A DNA stretch of 60,297 bases, filler included. It is 4 parts of 4 records of this genome, joined end to end, with 100 filler letters (N's around TTAATTAATTAA, not from the genome) between each part and the next. Parts side by side here need not be neighbours in the genome. Positions count along the whole stretch, not along the records: positions 24,120 to 54,994 come from SRR31156797_8917; 3 more parts are not named here. One strand, 5' to 3'. The notes beneath the pieces were generated by a model. The model saw only the letters and a list, made by a program, of their open reading frames with translations. It made no database searches and was not told the DNA's origin. The translations under genes and the position numbers were made by a program. Shown here piece after piece: positions 26,690-36,721 of the stretch. The first letter of the stretch is position 1, and each line of letters opens with the position of its first letter.

Positions 26690-27346
26690 ATGAAATGCTT
26701 TAAACTCTTAATTGGCTTGCTATTTCTTTTACAATTTGGAAGCAGTTATGCACAAACTGAAAAAAAGATTCAATTGAATTATCAGATTTTAGATACTGTA
26801 AAAGTAGATGGTTCCAGAGATTGGTACAAGGTGGTTTGGCTAAGAGACACTTTCGAATTAGGTGTTCAGGCAAGAGAGGACAAATTGTTCGATAAGATTA
26901 TTTCTGATCGCAAAGAGGAGTTTTCAGACGAAAAAATTGCCAAAGTAAGAAAACTGGAAAGTCAACTGAATTTTGCCCAAAACTGTTATTCTTATGCCAT
27001 GGAATCTTATTTTAAACAAGATAAAAAGTACGCTCAAAATACTTTCACTCAAAAATCCACTATTAATGGTCCGGGAATTGAACTTTTATTGAGCAATTCA
27101 TTCGAAATGATTAGAGAATTTCCATGCAAGCCCCGAAGAAATTTAAAGCAAGAGCTCCCGAATCATGTTTTATTGGCTTTCATAAACAAATCACAGGATG
27201 TAGCTCATTTGGTCTATCACAGCGAAGGGGTTTTTTATTCGAAAAATGGTGGATGGAAAGAGAGTCAGGAGTTTACATTAAAAGAATTGGTAATTGATCA
27301 TTATTGGGATACCCAAAAGATTAGATTGTATCGTTTTAAAGAGTAG
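26690..27346 (+). CDS. Secreted hypothetical protein, possible papain-like Cys-His fold
   Basis: Signal peptide; QNCYSYA ... AHLVY ... FYSKNG pattern. Confidence 0.65.
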   Translation: MKCFKLLIGLLFLLQFGSSYAQTEKKIQLNYQILDTVKVDGSRDWYKVVWLRDTFELGVQAREDKLFDKIISDRKEEFSDEKIAKVRKLESQLNFAQNCYSYAMESYFKQDKKYAQNTFTQKSTINGPGIELLLSNSFEMIREFPCKPRRNLKQELPNHVLLAFINKSQDVAHLVYHSEGVFYSKNGGWKESQEFTLKELVIDHYWDTQKIRLYRFKE

Positions 27347-27402
27347 GCTTATCCGATTTTCAGACCTCAATACATCCCCTGGCATTTAGGGAAAGTTGTT
27401 GT

Positions 27403-27735
27403 GATTTTGCTACAGCATTAGCTCGCGGTGCAGATGCCATAGCAATTGTCAATTCTGCCATTCAGGCTGTGGGATGTATAGGAATGCGAGCCTGCAATAC
27501 CAACAATTGTCCGGTTGGCACTGCAACGCAAAAGGAGCATTTACCTGCTCGTTTAAAAGTTCAAACTTCCGCACTTCAATTGAAAAGATATATGCAAGCC
27601 AGCTGATCTCATGAAAGTGATGGCAAGAGCATGTGGCTACATTGCATTTTCTTAATTTAATATTGATGATTTAATAACATTCAATTATGATACGTATCGA
27701 TTAAGTGGTATTAAATATGCTCGTGTCGTTTTTAG
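27403..27735 (+). pseudogene. Remnant of an FMN-binding glutamate synthase-family gene (C-terminal part)
   Basis: Manual translation gives DFATALARGADAIAIVNSAIQAVGCIGMRACNTNNCPVGTATQK...QAS*, then a frameshift to DLMKVMARACGYIAFS*FNIDDL...LSGIKYA. No 5' part is present. Confidence 0.85.
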
Positions 27736-27743
27736 GAAACTAT

Positions 27744-28754
27744 TTATACAATCTTATTCTGTTTGCTCTGATTGATAAAATCATCAACTGCATGATAAAC
27801 GTCATCAGCATTTGCTGTGGTCATCAAATCATTTCTTAGTGTTGATGCTTCGCGGAATCCATGGGTATAGATCTTGAAAAATCGACGTAATATGGCAAAG
27901 TTCTTAGAGCGTCCCCAGGTAGCCTCAAATAACCTGGTGTGTTCTTTTAGTAAATTCAGTTTATCATCTACAGAAACATCTTTCATTCCTGGATGGAAGA
28001 ACCAGGGATTTTTGAAAATCCCGCGTCCTATCATTACACCATCAACTCCATATGTTTCACACTTGTCCAATCCTTCCTGGTACGATTCAACATCACCGTT
28101 CCCGATGATTTTAATCTGTGGTGCCAACTCATCTCTTAGTTTTACGGCTTTGGCTATTTCCTTCCAATCAGCAATTCCTTCCGACATTTGTTTCTGAATG
28201 CGTCCGTGAATGGTTAATGCATCAATAGGCAATTGTAACAAATGTGAGATCCACGATTCGGTAACGATTTGTTTGAATCCGATTCTTGTTTTTACACTTA
28301 GTGGTAGATTTGTAGCTTCTTTCGTTGCTAAAATGATCTCTTTTGCCAACTCAGGTTGTGTAATTAGGGCAGAACAACAACCATTTTTCACCACATTTTT
28401 AACCGGACAACCCATATTTATATCGATGCCATCAAAATCGGTTTCCTTGGCAATAAACTGAGCAGATTTGTAATATTTCTCAGGATCTTTACCCCAAATC
28501 TGCGCGATCAGTTTTACATTCTTCTCTTTCAAGAGTCTTTTTTCCGATTCGTTAATGTGTAATCGGTGCTTTACTTTGTCGTGTCCTATCTCATGACACA
28601 ACCCTTCAACTGATGTAAACTCGGAAAATAAAAGATGCAATTTGCCTGTCTCTGCAGTTTGCAGAATAACTTCACGAAAAGCCGTATCAGTGACGTCTTC
28701 CATGGGGGCAAGAGAGAAATTTGGTGTTTGTATGTGATGCCAGAAATTGGTCAT
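27744..28754 (-). CDS. dus: tRNA-dihydrouridine synthase
   Basis: LAPMEDVTD, IDINMGCP, SVKTRIG, TIHGR, GNGD and VMIGRG. Confidence 0.93.
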   Translation of the reverse strand: MTNFWHHIQTPNFSLAPMEDVTDTAFREVILQTAETGKLHLLFSEFTSVEGLCHEIGHDKVKHRLHINESEKRLLKEKNVKLIAQIWGKDPEKYYKSAQFIAKETDFDGIDINMGCPVKNVVKNGCCSALITQPELAKEIILATKEATNLPLSVKTRIGFKQIVTESWISHLLQLPIDALTIHGRIQKQMSEGIADWKEIAKAVKLRDELAPQIKIIGNGDVESYQEGLDKCETYGVDGVMIGRGIFKNPWFFHPGMKDVSVDDKLNLLKEHTRLFEATWGRSKNFAILRRFFKIYTHGFREASTLRNDLMTTANADDVYHAVDDFINQSKQNKIV

Positions 28755-28770
28755 TGTGTTCTAATTTGTT

Positions 28771-29301
28771 TTATTTAAAGAGGCGCTCATAAAATAATAC
28801 CTTATCGGTGGTCTTATTTTCTTTTGAGATTGAAAAGCCTGTTTTTTCCATAATTTTAATTGAGCCGATGTTATCGTGTTCCACTCCTCCTGAAAGAGAA
28901 TGAATGTTACTTTTTTTGCACCATTCCACCAATCCATTGATTAATTCACTTCCAAGCCCTTTGCCCCAAAACGATTGTCCTATCAAGTATCCAAATCGAA
29001 GATCAGCAATGGGATCATCATTTTCGGATTCGTAAAGAAAAATGAAACCGATAAGTTCATTGTTCGAACGCATATTAACAGTTAAAAATATGCTTTCATT
29101 AACTCTATCAAATATCCATTTATTTGCCTGATCCAAAGTGTTAATGTGTTGCCATCCTTCTGGTAGCGATTTTGTTACTTCTGGAGTTAGTATTCTATTA
29201 ATTTTCTTGGCAAATTTTAGCTTAGCCGCTACATCTTCATTCTGATGAAGCCAATCCTCTACAATAAGTCTTTCCGTTTTAAATTCGCAATCTTGCTTCA
29301 T
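28771..29301 (-). CDS. GNAT N-acetyltransferase (RimJ/RimL-like)
   Basis: FKTERL, FWGKGLGSE and NIGSIKIMEKTGF. Confidence 0.88.
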   Translation of the reverse strand: MKQDCEFKTERLIVEDWLHQNEDVAAKLKFAKKINRILTPEVTKSLPEGWQHINTLDQANKWIFDRVNESIFLTVNMRSNNELIGFIFLYESENDDPIADLRFGYLIGQSFWGKGLGSELINGLVEWCKKSNIHSLSGGVEHDNIGSIKIMEKTGFSISKENKTTDKVLFYERLFK

Positions 29302-29338
29302 CTTTTTAGTTTAGTTATTATTTGGTATTTGAGGCTTC

Positions 29339-30385
29339 TTATGAACCTCTAGTTATGTCTTTTAATTTTGGTCTTATGCGTTGTCGGTATATCTGACTCT
29401 TGCTGTATTTATCATGAAATTTCGATCGCAACTGTACGCGTTCTTCCAATGGCAATGTAATTATTTCTGTACACTCTTCGGTACAACAGCCCTGATAATG
29501 ATCGCTACATTCATCACATTGTATAAATAGCAGATGACAATCATCGTTGGCACAATTGGTGTGCGTATCGCAGGCTTTACCACATTGGTGACATTTTGCA
29601 ATTACTTCATTATTGATACTTTCTCCCAATCGTTCATCGAACACAAAGTTCTTTCCTCGAAATTTAGGCTCTATTCCTAATTGTTTAATTTCCTGTGCGT
29701 AGGCAATAATTCCACCATGCAACTGATTTACATCCTCAAACCCATGATGTTTTAAATAGGCACTGGCTTTCTCGCAACGAACACCACCTGTGCAATACAA
29801 TAGGAATTTTTTATCCTTATCTTGATTGAAATCATTTACCACCATTTCTATCTCTTCTCTAAAAGTATCAACATCAGGACATATCGCAGTCTCAAAATGA
29901 CCTACTTCACTTTCGTAATGGTTCCTCATGTCAATCACAATGGTGTTTTCTTGTCCTATTTGATTGTGAAATTCAATTGGGCTTAAATGCTTTCCAACAT
30001 TGGTAACATCAAAAGTATGATCATCTAATCCATCAGCAACAATCTTAGGGCGAACTTTTAATATCAACTTATAAAAGGATTTGCCATCATCCTCAACCGC
30101 CCATTTAATAGGCATATCAGCCAACTCTTTTGTATTATTTAAATACGTGAAAAAATCATCCAAATTGTGTTCTGGTATGCTCATTTGTGCATTAATTCCT
30201 TCTTTGGCAATATATATACGACCCTTGCAATCCAATGAGTACCACTTCTCGAACAGCTGATCTCTGTACTCTTGTGGATTTTGAATATTCACATATCTGT
30301 AAAAGGATATGGTTTTACGTCGAAAGTTCTCTTCTTCTAATTGTTTTTGAAGTTCTTCTTTGCTAAGTTTATTATAAAGTTGCAT
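29339..30385 (-). CDS. trhO: Rhodanese-domain tRNA uridine(34) hydroxylase (YceA/TrhO family)
   Basis: GRIYIAKEGINAQ, IDMRNHYESEVGHF, YCTGGVRCEKAS, GKNFVFDER and the C-terminal Cys cluster. Confidence 0.9.
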   Translation of the reverse strand: MQLYNKLSKEELQKQLEEENFRRKTISFYRYVNIQNPQEYRDQLFEKWYSLDCKGRIYIAKEGINAQMSIPEHNLDDFFTYLNNTKELADMPIKWAVEDDGKSFYKLILKVRPKIVADGLDDHTFDVTNVGKHLSPIEFHNQIGQENTIVIDMRNHYESEVGHFETAICPDVDTFREEIEMVVNDFNQDKDKKFLLYCTGGVRCEKASAYLKHHGFEDVNQLHGGIIAYAQEIKQLGIEPKFRGKNFVFDERLGESINNEVIAKCHQCGKACDTHTNCANDDCHLLFIQCDECSDHYQGCCTEECTEIITLPLEERVQLRSKFHDKYSKSQIYRQRIRPKLKDITRGS

Positions 30386-30522
30386 TTCTTTAATCTTATT
30401 TGGAATAAATAAACATTGCAAAAGTAATGCATTCCAATAAATCACAAAGCTTGTTGGAATAAAAAAGGATAAATTTGTCTTTAAATAGTACTTTTACCAT
30501 ACAATCACACACTAAGAACCGA

Positions 30523-31566
30523 ATGGAACAACAATTTTTAATCGTAGGACAGGGGATAGCAGGTTCGCTACTTGCTTATAATATGCACAAAGCTGGAATG
30601 AATTTCAAAATCATTTCTAGTTTGGATTTGCGCAAAGCTTCCGACGTAGCTGCTGGTTTGTTTAATCCTTTGGTTTTTAAAAGACTGACTAAGAGTTGGA
30701 TGGTGGACGAATGTTTGCCTGTGATGTTTGATACTTATCGTGAATTGGAACAGGTGTTAGGGCACTCTTTTCTCCATGATATGGATATTATTAAGCCATT
30801 GGCAGAAAATGAGATTGACATGTGGAAGGAGAGAAAGCAGCAGGAGGATTTTTCGAATTATATTTCAGATGTAGGAATCAATAACTATGGTAAAGGAATA
30901 AATGATTTTCACTCTTATGGTCGCGTTACCAATTCAGGATATCTTCATTTGTCTAAAATGTTGAAGAAAATGAGAAAATTCTTCAAGCAGGAGGGCGTGT
31001 TAATTGACTCCTATTTTGATTATAAAGATTTGGGTTTTATTGATAATCAGATTACCTGGCATGGAGTTCAAGCCAAAACCATTGTGTTTTGCGAAGGTTA
31101 TCGAGCCATTGATAATCCATATTTTACTAAGGTGAAGTTTAGTCCTACAAAAGGAGAATTGATTGAAATTGAATGCGAGGGTTTGCAGGAAGAATTTATC
31201 CTGAATAAAAACCTGTTTGTAATGCCGGTTGGAAAGCAAAGATTTAAAGTTGGTGCTACATACGATTGGAAAAATATTGATGAAGATACTACCGATGAGG
31301 CGAAGCAAGATCTTCTTTCCCGATTGGATAGGATGATTAACTTGCCATATAAAGTAATAAATCATTGGGCAGGAGTGCGTCCCACAGTTAGCGACCGTCG
31401 TCCCATATTAGGAATTCATCCTTTACACGAACACATTGCTATTTTTAATGGATTAGGAACAAAAGGTGTAATGCTGGCTCCTTATTTTGCACGTGAAATG
31501 GTGCGTTTCCTTTCCGTAAATGACTATCCTATAATGCCAGAGGTTGATATCAAAAGATTTTTGTAA
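30523..31566 (+). CDS. FAD-dependent oxidoreductase (DAO family, MnmC-oxidase-like)
   Basis: IVGQGIAG, ASDVAAG, PTKGE, WAGVRP and NGLGTKG. Confidence 0.88.
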   Translation: MEQQFLIVGQGIAGSLLAYNMHKAGMNFKIISSLDLRKASDVAAGLFNPLVFKRLTKSWMVDECLPVMFDTYRELEQVLGHSFLHDMDIIKPLAENEIDMWKERKQQEDFSNYISDVGINNYGKGINDFHSYGRVTNSGYLHLSKMLKKMRKFFKQEGVLIDSYFDYKDLGFIDNQITWHGVQAKTIVFCEGYRAIDNPYFTKVKFSPTKGELIEIECEGLQEEFILNKNLFVMPVGKQRFKVGATYDWKNIDEDTTDEAKQDLLSRLDRMINLPYKVINHWAGVRPTVSDRRPILGIHPLHEHIAIFNGLGTKGVMLAPYFAREMVRFLSVNDYPIMPEVDIKRFL

Positions 31567-31640
31567 CTAATTTTCATTGTGAACCTACTGATTTAAAATA
31601 AATTATCAATCAATTAAATTGCGGGGGAACAATTAATGCT

Positions 31641-31768
31641 TACCTTTGCGCGCTATGGGATTAAAACCAAGTGAACTTCACAACAAAAGGAATAATAGAA
31701 TCTATAGTTTCCAATTTCTAATATTCAGAGTTCTGTCCGATAAATTTCTCCCACCTTCCTGCCTTTAA
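31641..31768 (+). promoter_or_regulatory. Bacteroidota -7 promoter box followed by a 37-codon upstream ORF
   Basis: TACCTTTG (TAnnTTTG consensus) at 31641-31648; ATG at 31655; TAA at 31766-31768. Confidence 0.45.
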
Positions 31769-31851
31769 GTGAATCTTTATAACCGTTTTTTACGGATACC
31801 TGATTACATGCATATTGTAGCTTGCATGTTATATTAATCTAATACAATTTT

Positions 31852-33015
31852 ATGTTTTATTTAAAAACGATGCTTGGGATTTGTTTCCTTGCATCAACTC
31901 TTTGCGTGAATGCTCAGGAAAAGCCAACTGCTGAAATTGGTGGAGCTTTACGTTTCAATTACAATTATTCCTGCTGGAAAGATGCACAGAAAAAACGTGG
32001 TGGAGATTTAGGTTTCGATGTATTTCGACTAAATGCCAAAGCAAAATACAAAGGCTTAAAATTAAATGCAGAATATCGATTCTATTCTGATGATTTTGGT
32101 GGAGCGATGTTAAAGCAAGGATGGATTGCTTACGATTTTAACAAGAACGATGAAATACAATTTGGTCTGACTCAAGTTCCTTTTGGTATTACACAATACA
32201 ACTCTAACTCGTGGTTTTTTAGTTTGAATTATTACGTTGGTCTTGAAGATGATCATGATATGGGACTTAAATTTACTCATATTGGTGAAAATTGGGATTA
32301 CAATATTGCCTTTTTTAAGAACGCAGAAGAACTTCGTTTCGGCAGTAATTCAGATGTTTCCAATAGTCGTTATTCTTATGATGTTGGTTCAATTGATCTG
32401 AATGGAGATGGAAATCTGAATATCAGAAATAAAGAAGTTAATCAATTGAATGGGAACCTAACCTATAAGATTGATAATGAAAATGCAAAGCATCGTATTG
32501 GTGTTTCTGCACAATATGGTGGTCTATTCAATTTAGATACCGAAGAAACAGGCAATCGATATGCTCTTGCAGCATATTATGAATTAAAAGCTGGTAAGTT
32601 CGGTGTAAAAGCACAGTTTTCCAATTACAAATACAATCCTGAAAATTTGGAAGGTGAGCGAGATGATGTTATAGCAATGACAGCTTATGGAGCTCCATAT
32701 TTAGTCGCTTCCGAAGCTAGTATTTATACGCTTGGATTAAGCTATTCTATTCCTTTGAAATGGGGACCAGTATCGAGTGTAATTATTTACAACGATTTTG
32801 GATATATGGATAAAGCAGAAAGCAATTTCGAAGATTCTATGATGAACGTTACCGGAGCTATGTTTACGGCAGGTAATATTTATACCTATTTCGATTTCGC
32901 AGCAGGTAAAAACCAATCATGGTTAGGACCTGAATGGACCAATGCTTTGGCAGAAGGTACTCCTGATGCGGATTGGGAAATGCGTTTTAATATAAATGTT
33001 GGTTACTACTTTTAA
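31852..33015 (+). CDS. Outer-membrane beta-barrel porin associated with the BCCT transporter
   Basis: Signal peptide, alternating beta-strand pattern and C-terminal NVGYYF; 20 nt from the BCCT gene. Confidence 0.75.
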   Translation: MFYLKTMLGICFLASTLCVNAQEKPTAEIGGALRFNYNYSCWKDAQKKRGGDLGFDVFRLNAKAKYKGLKLNAEYRFYSDDFGGAMLKQGWIAYDFNKNDEIQFGLTQVPFGITQYNSNSWFFSLNYYVGLEDDHDMGLKFTHIGENWDYNIAFFKNAEELRFGSNSDVSNSRYSYDVGSIDLNGDGNLNIRNKEVNQLNGNLTYKIDNENAKHRIGVSAQYGGLFNLDTEETGNRYALAAYYELKAGKFGVKAQFSNYKYNPENLEGERDDVIAMTAYGAPYLVASEASIYTLGLSYSIPLKWGPVSSVIIYNDFGYMDKAESNFEDSMMNVTGAMFTAGNIYTYFDFAAGKNQSWLGPEWTNALAEGTPDADWEMRFNINVGYYF

Positions 33016-33035
33016 ATCAAAACAAATTAGTTAGT

Positions 33036-34574
33036 ATGAGTGAAATAATAAGAAGTGACAAAAAAACATTTTTAGGAATAAAGGCGAACGGACCGGTTTT
33101 TATTACCTCCTTGTTGGTAATTGTAATTTTGGTAAGTACAACTTTAATAGTTGGAAAGCCTATGGAACAATGGTTTGCTGATACTCAGAATTTTGTAGCC
33201 AATAAAATTGGATGGTTCTTTATTCTTTTGGTAAATGGCTTACTAATTTTTGCATTATACCTTGGTTTTGGTAAATATGCTAAAATCAGAATAGGTGGTA
33301 AAGATACGAAACCAGAATTTTCACGAACAGGTTGGTTTGCAATGCTATTTAGTGCTGGTATGGGTATTGGACTTCTATTTTGGAGTGTAGCAGAGCCTAT
33401 CTTTCATTTTAATAGTAATCCATTCTTAGGAGCTAGCGAAGATGGTGTATTGGCCGCCAAAACATCAATGGGTATTACCTTTTTACACTGGGGAGTTCAT
33501 GCCTGGGCATTGTATGCTATTGTTGGTGCTGCTTTGGCTTTCTTTACTTTTAATAAGAAATTACCTTTAACCATACGTTCAATTTTTCATCCTTTATTAG
33601 GAGATAAAATATATGGTCCTATTGGTGATATAATTGATATCATTTCGGTTATAGCAACCATATTTGGTTTGGCTACCTCTTTAGGTTTGGGTGCTCAACA
33701 AATAAATGCTGGTTTGGATTATCTTTTTCATGTAGATAATAGTAATTCAGTACAGATTATAATAATTGTGGTTATTACAGTTTTAGCAACCTTATCGTTA
33801 CTATTAGGATTGGACAAAGGAATACGAAAATTAAGTGAATGGAACATGAGATTGGCAATTTCCTTATTGATTTTTGTTCTTGTTGTTGGTCCAACCTTGT
33901 TTATATTTAAATCATTTATTCAAAACATAGGTTATTACATAGGTAATTTCTTTGAGTTGAGTTATTGGACAAATTCTTATAATGGAGTAGGAGAAGCTAA
34001 AAACTGGCAAAGTTCATGGACTGTATTTTATTGGGCATGGTGGATTTCCTGGTCTCCTTTTGTTGGTATTTTTATTGCCCGAATTTCTAAGGGAAGAACG
34101 ATCAGAGAATTTATTTTTGGAGTTCTATTGGTTCCAACATTATTAACTATGCTTTGGATGAGTGTATTTGGAGGATCGGCAATCTATCAGGAATTGATCG
34201 GAAACAATGCGATTACTGAGGCTGTTAATGGTAATGTAGCAACTGCTATCTACCATCTTTTAGAACAGTATCCACTTACCACATTTTCGTCTATCTTAAC
34301 TGTGATTTTGGTAGCGAGCTTTTTTGTTACCTCTTCCGATTCAGGTTCATTTGTTGTCGATACATTAACATCAGGTGGACGACACGATGCACCTAAAGGT
34401 CAGAAAATTTTCTGGGCATCAATGGAAGGATTACTTGCTGCAGTATTGCTAGTTGGAGGTGGTTTAACAGCCTTACAGACAGCATCTATCTTAACTGCAA
34501 TTCCTTTTGCCGTAATCTTAATTATCATGTGTTATAGTTTTTATAAATCCTTAACAGAATATAAGGAGGAGTAA
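33036..34574 (+). CDS. BCCT-family (betaine/choline/carnitine) transporter
   Basis: WFAMLFSAGMGIGL, HWGVHAW, WTVFYWAWWISWSPFVGIFIARISKGRT and FFVTSSDSG. Confidence 0.95.
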   Translation: MSEIIRSDKKTFLGIKANGPVFITSLLVIVILVSTTLIVGKPMEQWFADTQNFVANKIGWFFILLVNGLLIFALYLGFGKYAKIRIGGKDTKPEFSRTGWFAMLFSAGMGIGLLFWSVAEPIFHFNSNPFLGASEDGVLAAKTSMGITFLHWGVHAWALYAIVGAALAFFTFNKKLPLTIRSIFHPLLGDKIYGPIGDIIDIISVIATIFGLATSLGLGAQQINAGLDYLFHVDNSNSVQIIIIVVITVLATLSLLLGLDKGIRKLSEWNMRLAISLLIFVLVVGPTLFIFKSFIQNIGYYIGNFFELSYWTNSYNGVGEAKNWQSSWTVFYWAWWISWSPFVGIFIARISKGRTIREFIFGVLLVPTLLTMLWMSVFGGSAIYQELIGNNAITEAVNGNVATAIYHLLEQYPLTTFSSILTVILVASFFVTSSDSGSFVVDTLTSGGRHDAPKGQKIFWASMEGLLAAVLLVGGGLTALQTASILTAIPFAVILIIMCYSFYKSLTEYKEE

Positions 34575-34600
34575 AAAAATCATCATTATAATATAAGGGG

Positions 34601-34634
34601 AACGAGACGTTGCAGTTTGCAGCGTCTCGTTTTT
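34601..34634 (+). terminator. Intrinsic terminator
   Basis: AACGAGACGTTGC...GCAGCGTCTCGTT followed by a T tract. Confidence 0.8.
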
Positions 34635-34756
34635 AGTTTATTGGAATTAAAGTAGCTAATTTTATTATGAATATCTATCTTAAATAAGTAACCTCTTTTA
34701 TTATATAGCGTAAATATGTACTACTTTCTAAAAAAATATTAATACTATCTTCTTTT

Positions 34757-35803
34757 ATGGAAAACCATTTTCTAATTGTTGGGCAAGGTTTAGCTGGTTC
34801 TTTATTAGCTTATGATATGCATAAAGCGGGTCTTCAATTTACTATAGTTTCAGATCCAGAAAATAGGAAGGAATCTGATATTATTACCAGAATGTACAAT
34901 ACGGAGGTATTTGAACGATTGGCAAAAACATGGTTGGTAGATGAGGTTTTACAGGTAATGACCAATTTGTATAAGAGTATTGAGAAGGATTTGGGACAAC
35001 AGTTTCTTTATCCAATGGAAATTGTGAATGGGAAGAATGATAATGAAATTAATGTTTGGGATGAGCGTATTTTTGATGGTGATTTCTCCAATTTCATTGA
35101 TACGACAAATAAAAATTGGGTGAAGCGTGGGCTAGACAATCTGAGCTTTTTTGATCGCACAGAAAAATCTGGTTATGTGAACTTGTCGAAACTTTTAAAT
35201 GAGTTAAAGAATTTTTTTAAAGAAAATGGCAGTTTGGTGGAAGCTAACTTTCACTATAAGGATATTGGGTTTATAAATGGAGATATTACATGGAGAGGTA
35301 TTACTTCGAAAACAATAATTTTTTGTGAAGGACATTATGCAACCAGAAATCCATATTTTAAAAATGTTCCTTTTACTCCTACCAAAGGTGAGCTGATAGA
35401 AATTGAATGTGAAGAGCTTTCAGAGGATTACATTATTGATAAGGATATATTTGTAATGCCGATTGAAAAACATCGGTTTAAGGTTGGAACCACTCAACGT
35501 TTTACCCAACCTGGAGAAGAATATGCAAAAGACAATTTAGATCAAATTCTTTCCCGATTAGATGATTTGATTTCATTGCCATATACGGTACTTAACCATT
35601 GGTCAGGTATTCGTTCAGCCATTAGCGATGATCGACCAGTACTTGGCGTACATCCACACAATCAGAATATTGCCATTTTTAACGGCTTAGGCTCAAAAGG
35701 GGTAATGTTGGCTCCTTACTTTGCTCGAGAAATGGTTTACTCTCTGGTAAATAAGAACTACATTTTATCAAACGAGGTTGATATTAGGAGGTTTTTACAT
35801 TAA
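34757..35803 (+). CDS. FAD-dependent oxidoreductase, paralog of 30523-31566
   Basis: IVGQGLAG, PTKGELIEIECE and NGLGSKGVMLAPYFAREMV. Confidence 0.87.
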   Translation: MENHFLIVGQGLAGSLLAYDMHKAGLQFTIVSDPENRKESDIITRMYNTEVFERLAKTWLVDEVLQVMTNLYKSIEKDLGQQFLYPMEIVNGKNDNEINVWDERIFDGDFSNFIDTTNKNWVKRGLDNLSFFDRTEKSGYVNLSKLLNELKNFFKENGSLVEANFHYKDIGFINGDITWRGITSKTIIFCEGHYATRNPYFKNVPFTPTKGELIEIECEELSEDYIIDKDIFVMPIEKHRFKVGTTQRFTQPGEEYAKDNLDQILSRLDDLISLPYTVLNHWSGIRSAISDDRPVLGVHPHNQNIAIFNGLGSKGVMLAPYFAREMVYSLVNKNYILSNEVDIRRFLH

Positions 35804-35830
35804 AAAAAGGTGCAAATATTTGCACCTTTT
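35802..35830. terminator. Bidirectional terminator
   Basis: AAAAGGTGCAAA-TA-TTTGCACCTTTT between convergent genes. Confidence 0.8.
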
Positions 35831-35832
35831 AG

Positions 35833-36387
35833 TTAGTCTTTCAACTCTTCTTGAGTCATCTTTTTTGCTTTACTAATTTTTTCTTCCAAGTTTTTTAAGC
35901 TCTTTTCCGCCTTTTCAATTTTAGCTTTCTTTTCTTTATATTCATCTTCAGAAATATCGCCCTTCTCTTTTGATATTTTTAGCTTCTTTTTTGATTTCTT
36001 AATTTTTTCTTTTGCCTCTTTTATTTTCTCATCTTTGGTTTTAATTGTTGCTTTAAGCTCATTTGCTCTTTCTTCTCGAAGTAATTTAGCCTGTCTTGCT
36101 CTATCCTGTCCAAATTCTTTACCTTTTAATTCTCCCTTCTTTTTGCCATAGGCATGACCCTTTTTCTCCATTTCTTTATTTAAAGAGTCTTTTTTCTTTA
36201 ATGTCTTTTTTTTGTGAATGTTATGCTTTTCTTTGGCATCTTTAACTAAGCTGTCTCTTTTGGTTTTATGAACTTTTTCTACTTTATTTTTTCCTTTTTT
36301 TTTGTTTTTTTCTTTTTGAGCCATAAGCTCATTGTTTGCAGTAAGTATAAAACAGAAGGAAAGTAGAATTACAATGTATTTTTTCAT
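35833..36387 (-). CDS. Secreted Lys/Glu-rich hypothetical protein
   Basis: Signal peptide; GHAYGK motif; coiled-coil-like C-terminus. Confidence 0.7.
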   Translation of the reverse strand: MKKYIVILLSFCFILTANNELMAQKEKNKKKGKNKVEKVHKTKRDSLVKDAKEKHNIHKKKTLKKKDSLNKEMEKKGHAYGKKKGELKGKEFGQDRARQAKLLREERANELKATIKTKDEKIKEAKEKIKKSKKKLKISKEKGDISEDEYKEKKAKIEKAEKSLKNLEEKISKAKKMTQEELKD

Positions 36388-36400
36388 GGTAGTTTTATTT

Positions 36401-36610
36401 TTAAATTTCTTCTAATAATTTGTCAACTTCTTTTGATGCCTTTTCAATATCTTCTTTTGTGTTTTCAAGTTGAAGGGCGACAGAATCGACTACTTCCATT
36501 TTTTCTTGCTTAGGAGGAGGTGGTGGTGTTTGTTTTTCTTTTGGTTTTGAATCGCCACATGATTGTAGAATGAAAAATGCGAAACCTAGTAGCAGAATGA
36601 TTTTTTTCAT
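36401..36610 (-). CDS. Small lipoprotein
   Basis: MKKIILLLGFAFFILQSC lipobox; poly-Pro linker. Confidence 0.75.
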   Translation of the reverse strand: MKKIILLLGFAFFILQSCGDSKPKEKQTPPPPPKQEKMEVVDSVALQLENTKEDIEKASKEVDKLLEEI

Positions 36611-36689
36611 AATTGTTCTGTTTTGAGTTAGTATTAAGATTCCTTAAAATAAGAATTATTTATGAATAATGCACTGATAAACAGGTTTT

Positions 36690-36716
36690 AAAAAAGAGGT
36701 GCGATTTGCACCTCTT
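36690..36716 (-). terminator. Intrinsic terminator after rsgA
   Basis: AAGAGGTGC/GCACCTCTT stem with a U tract on the minus strand. Confidence 0.75.
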
Positions 36717-36721
36717 AATGA

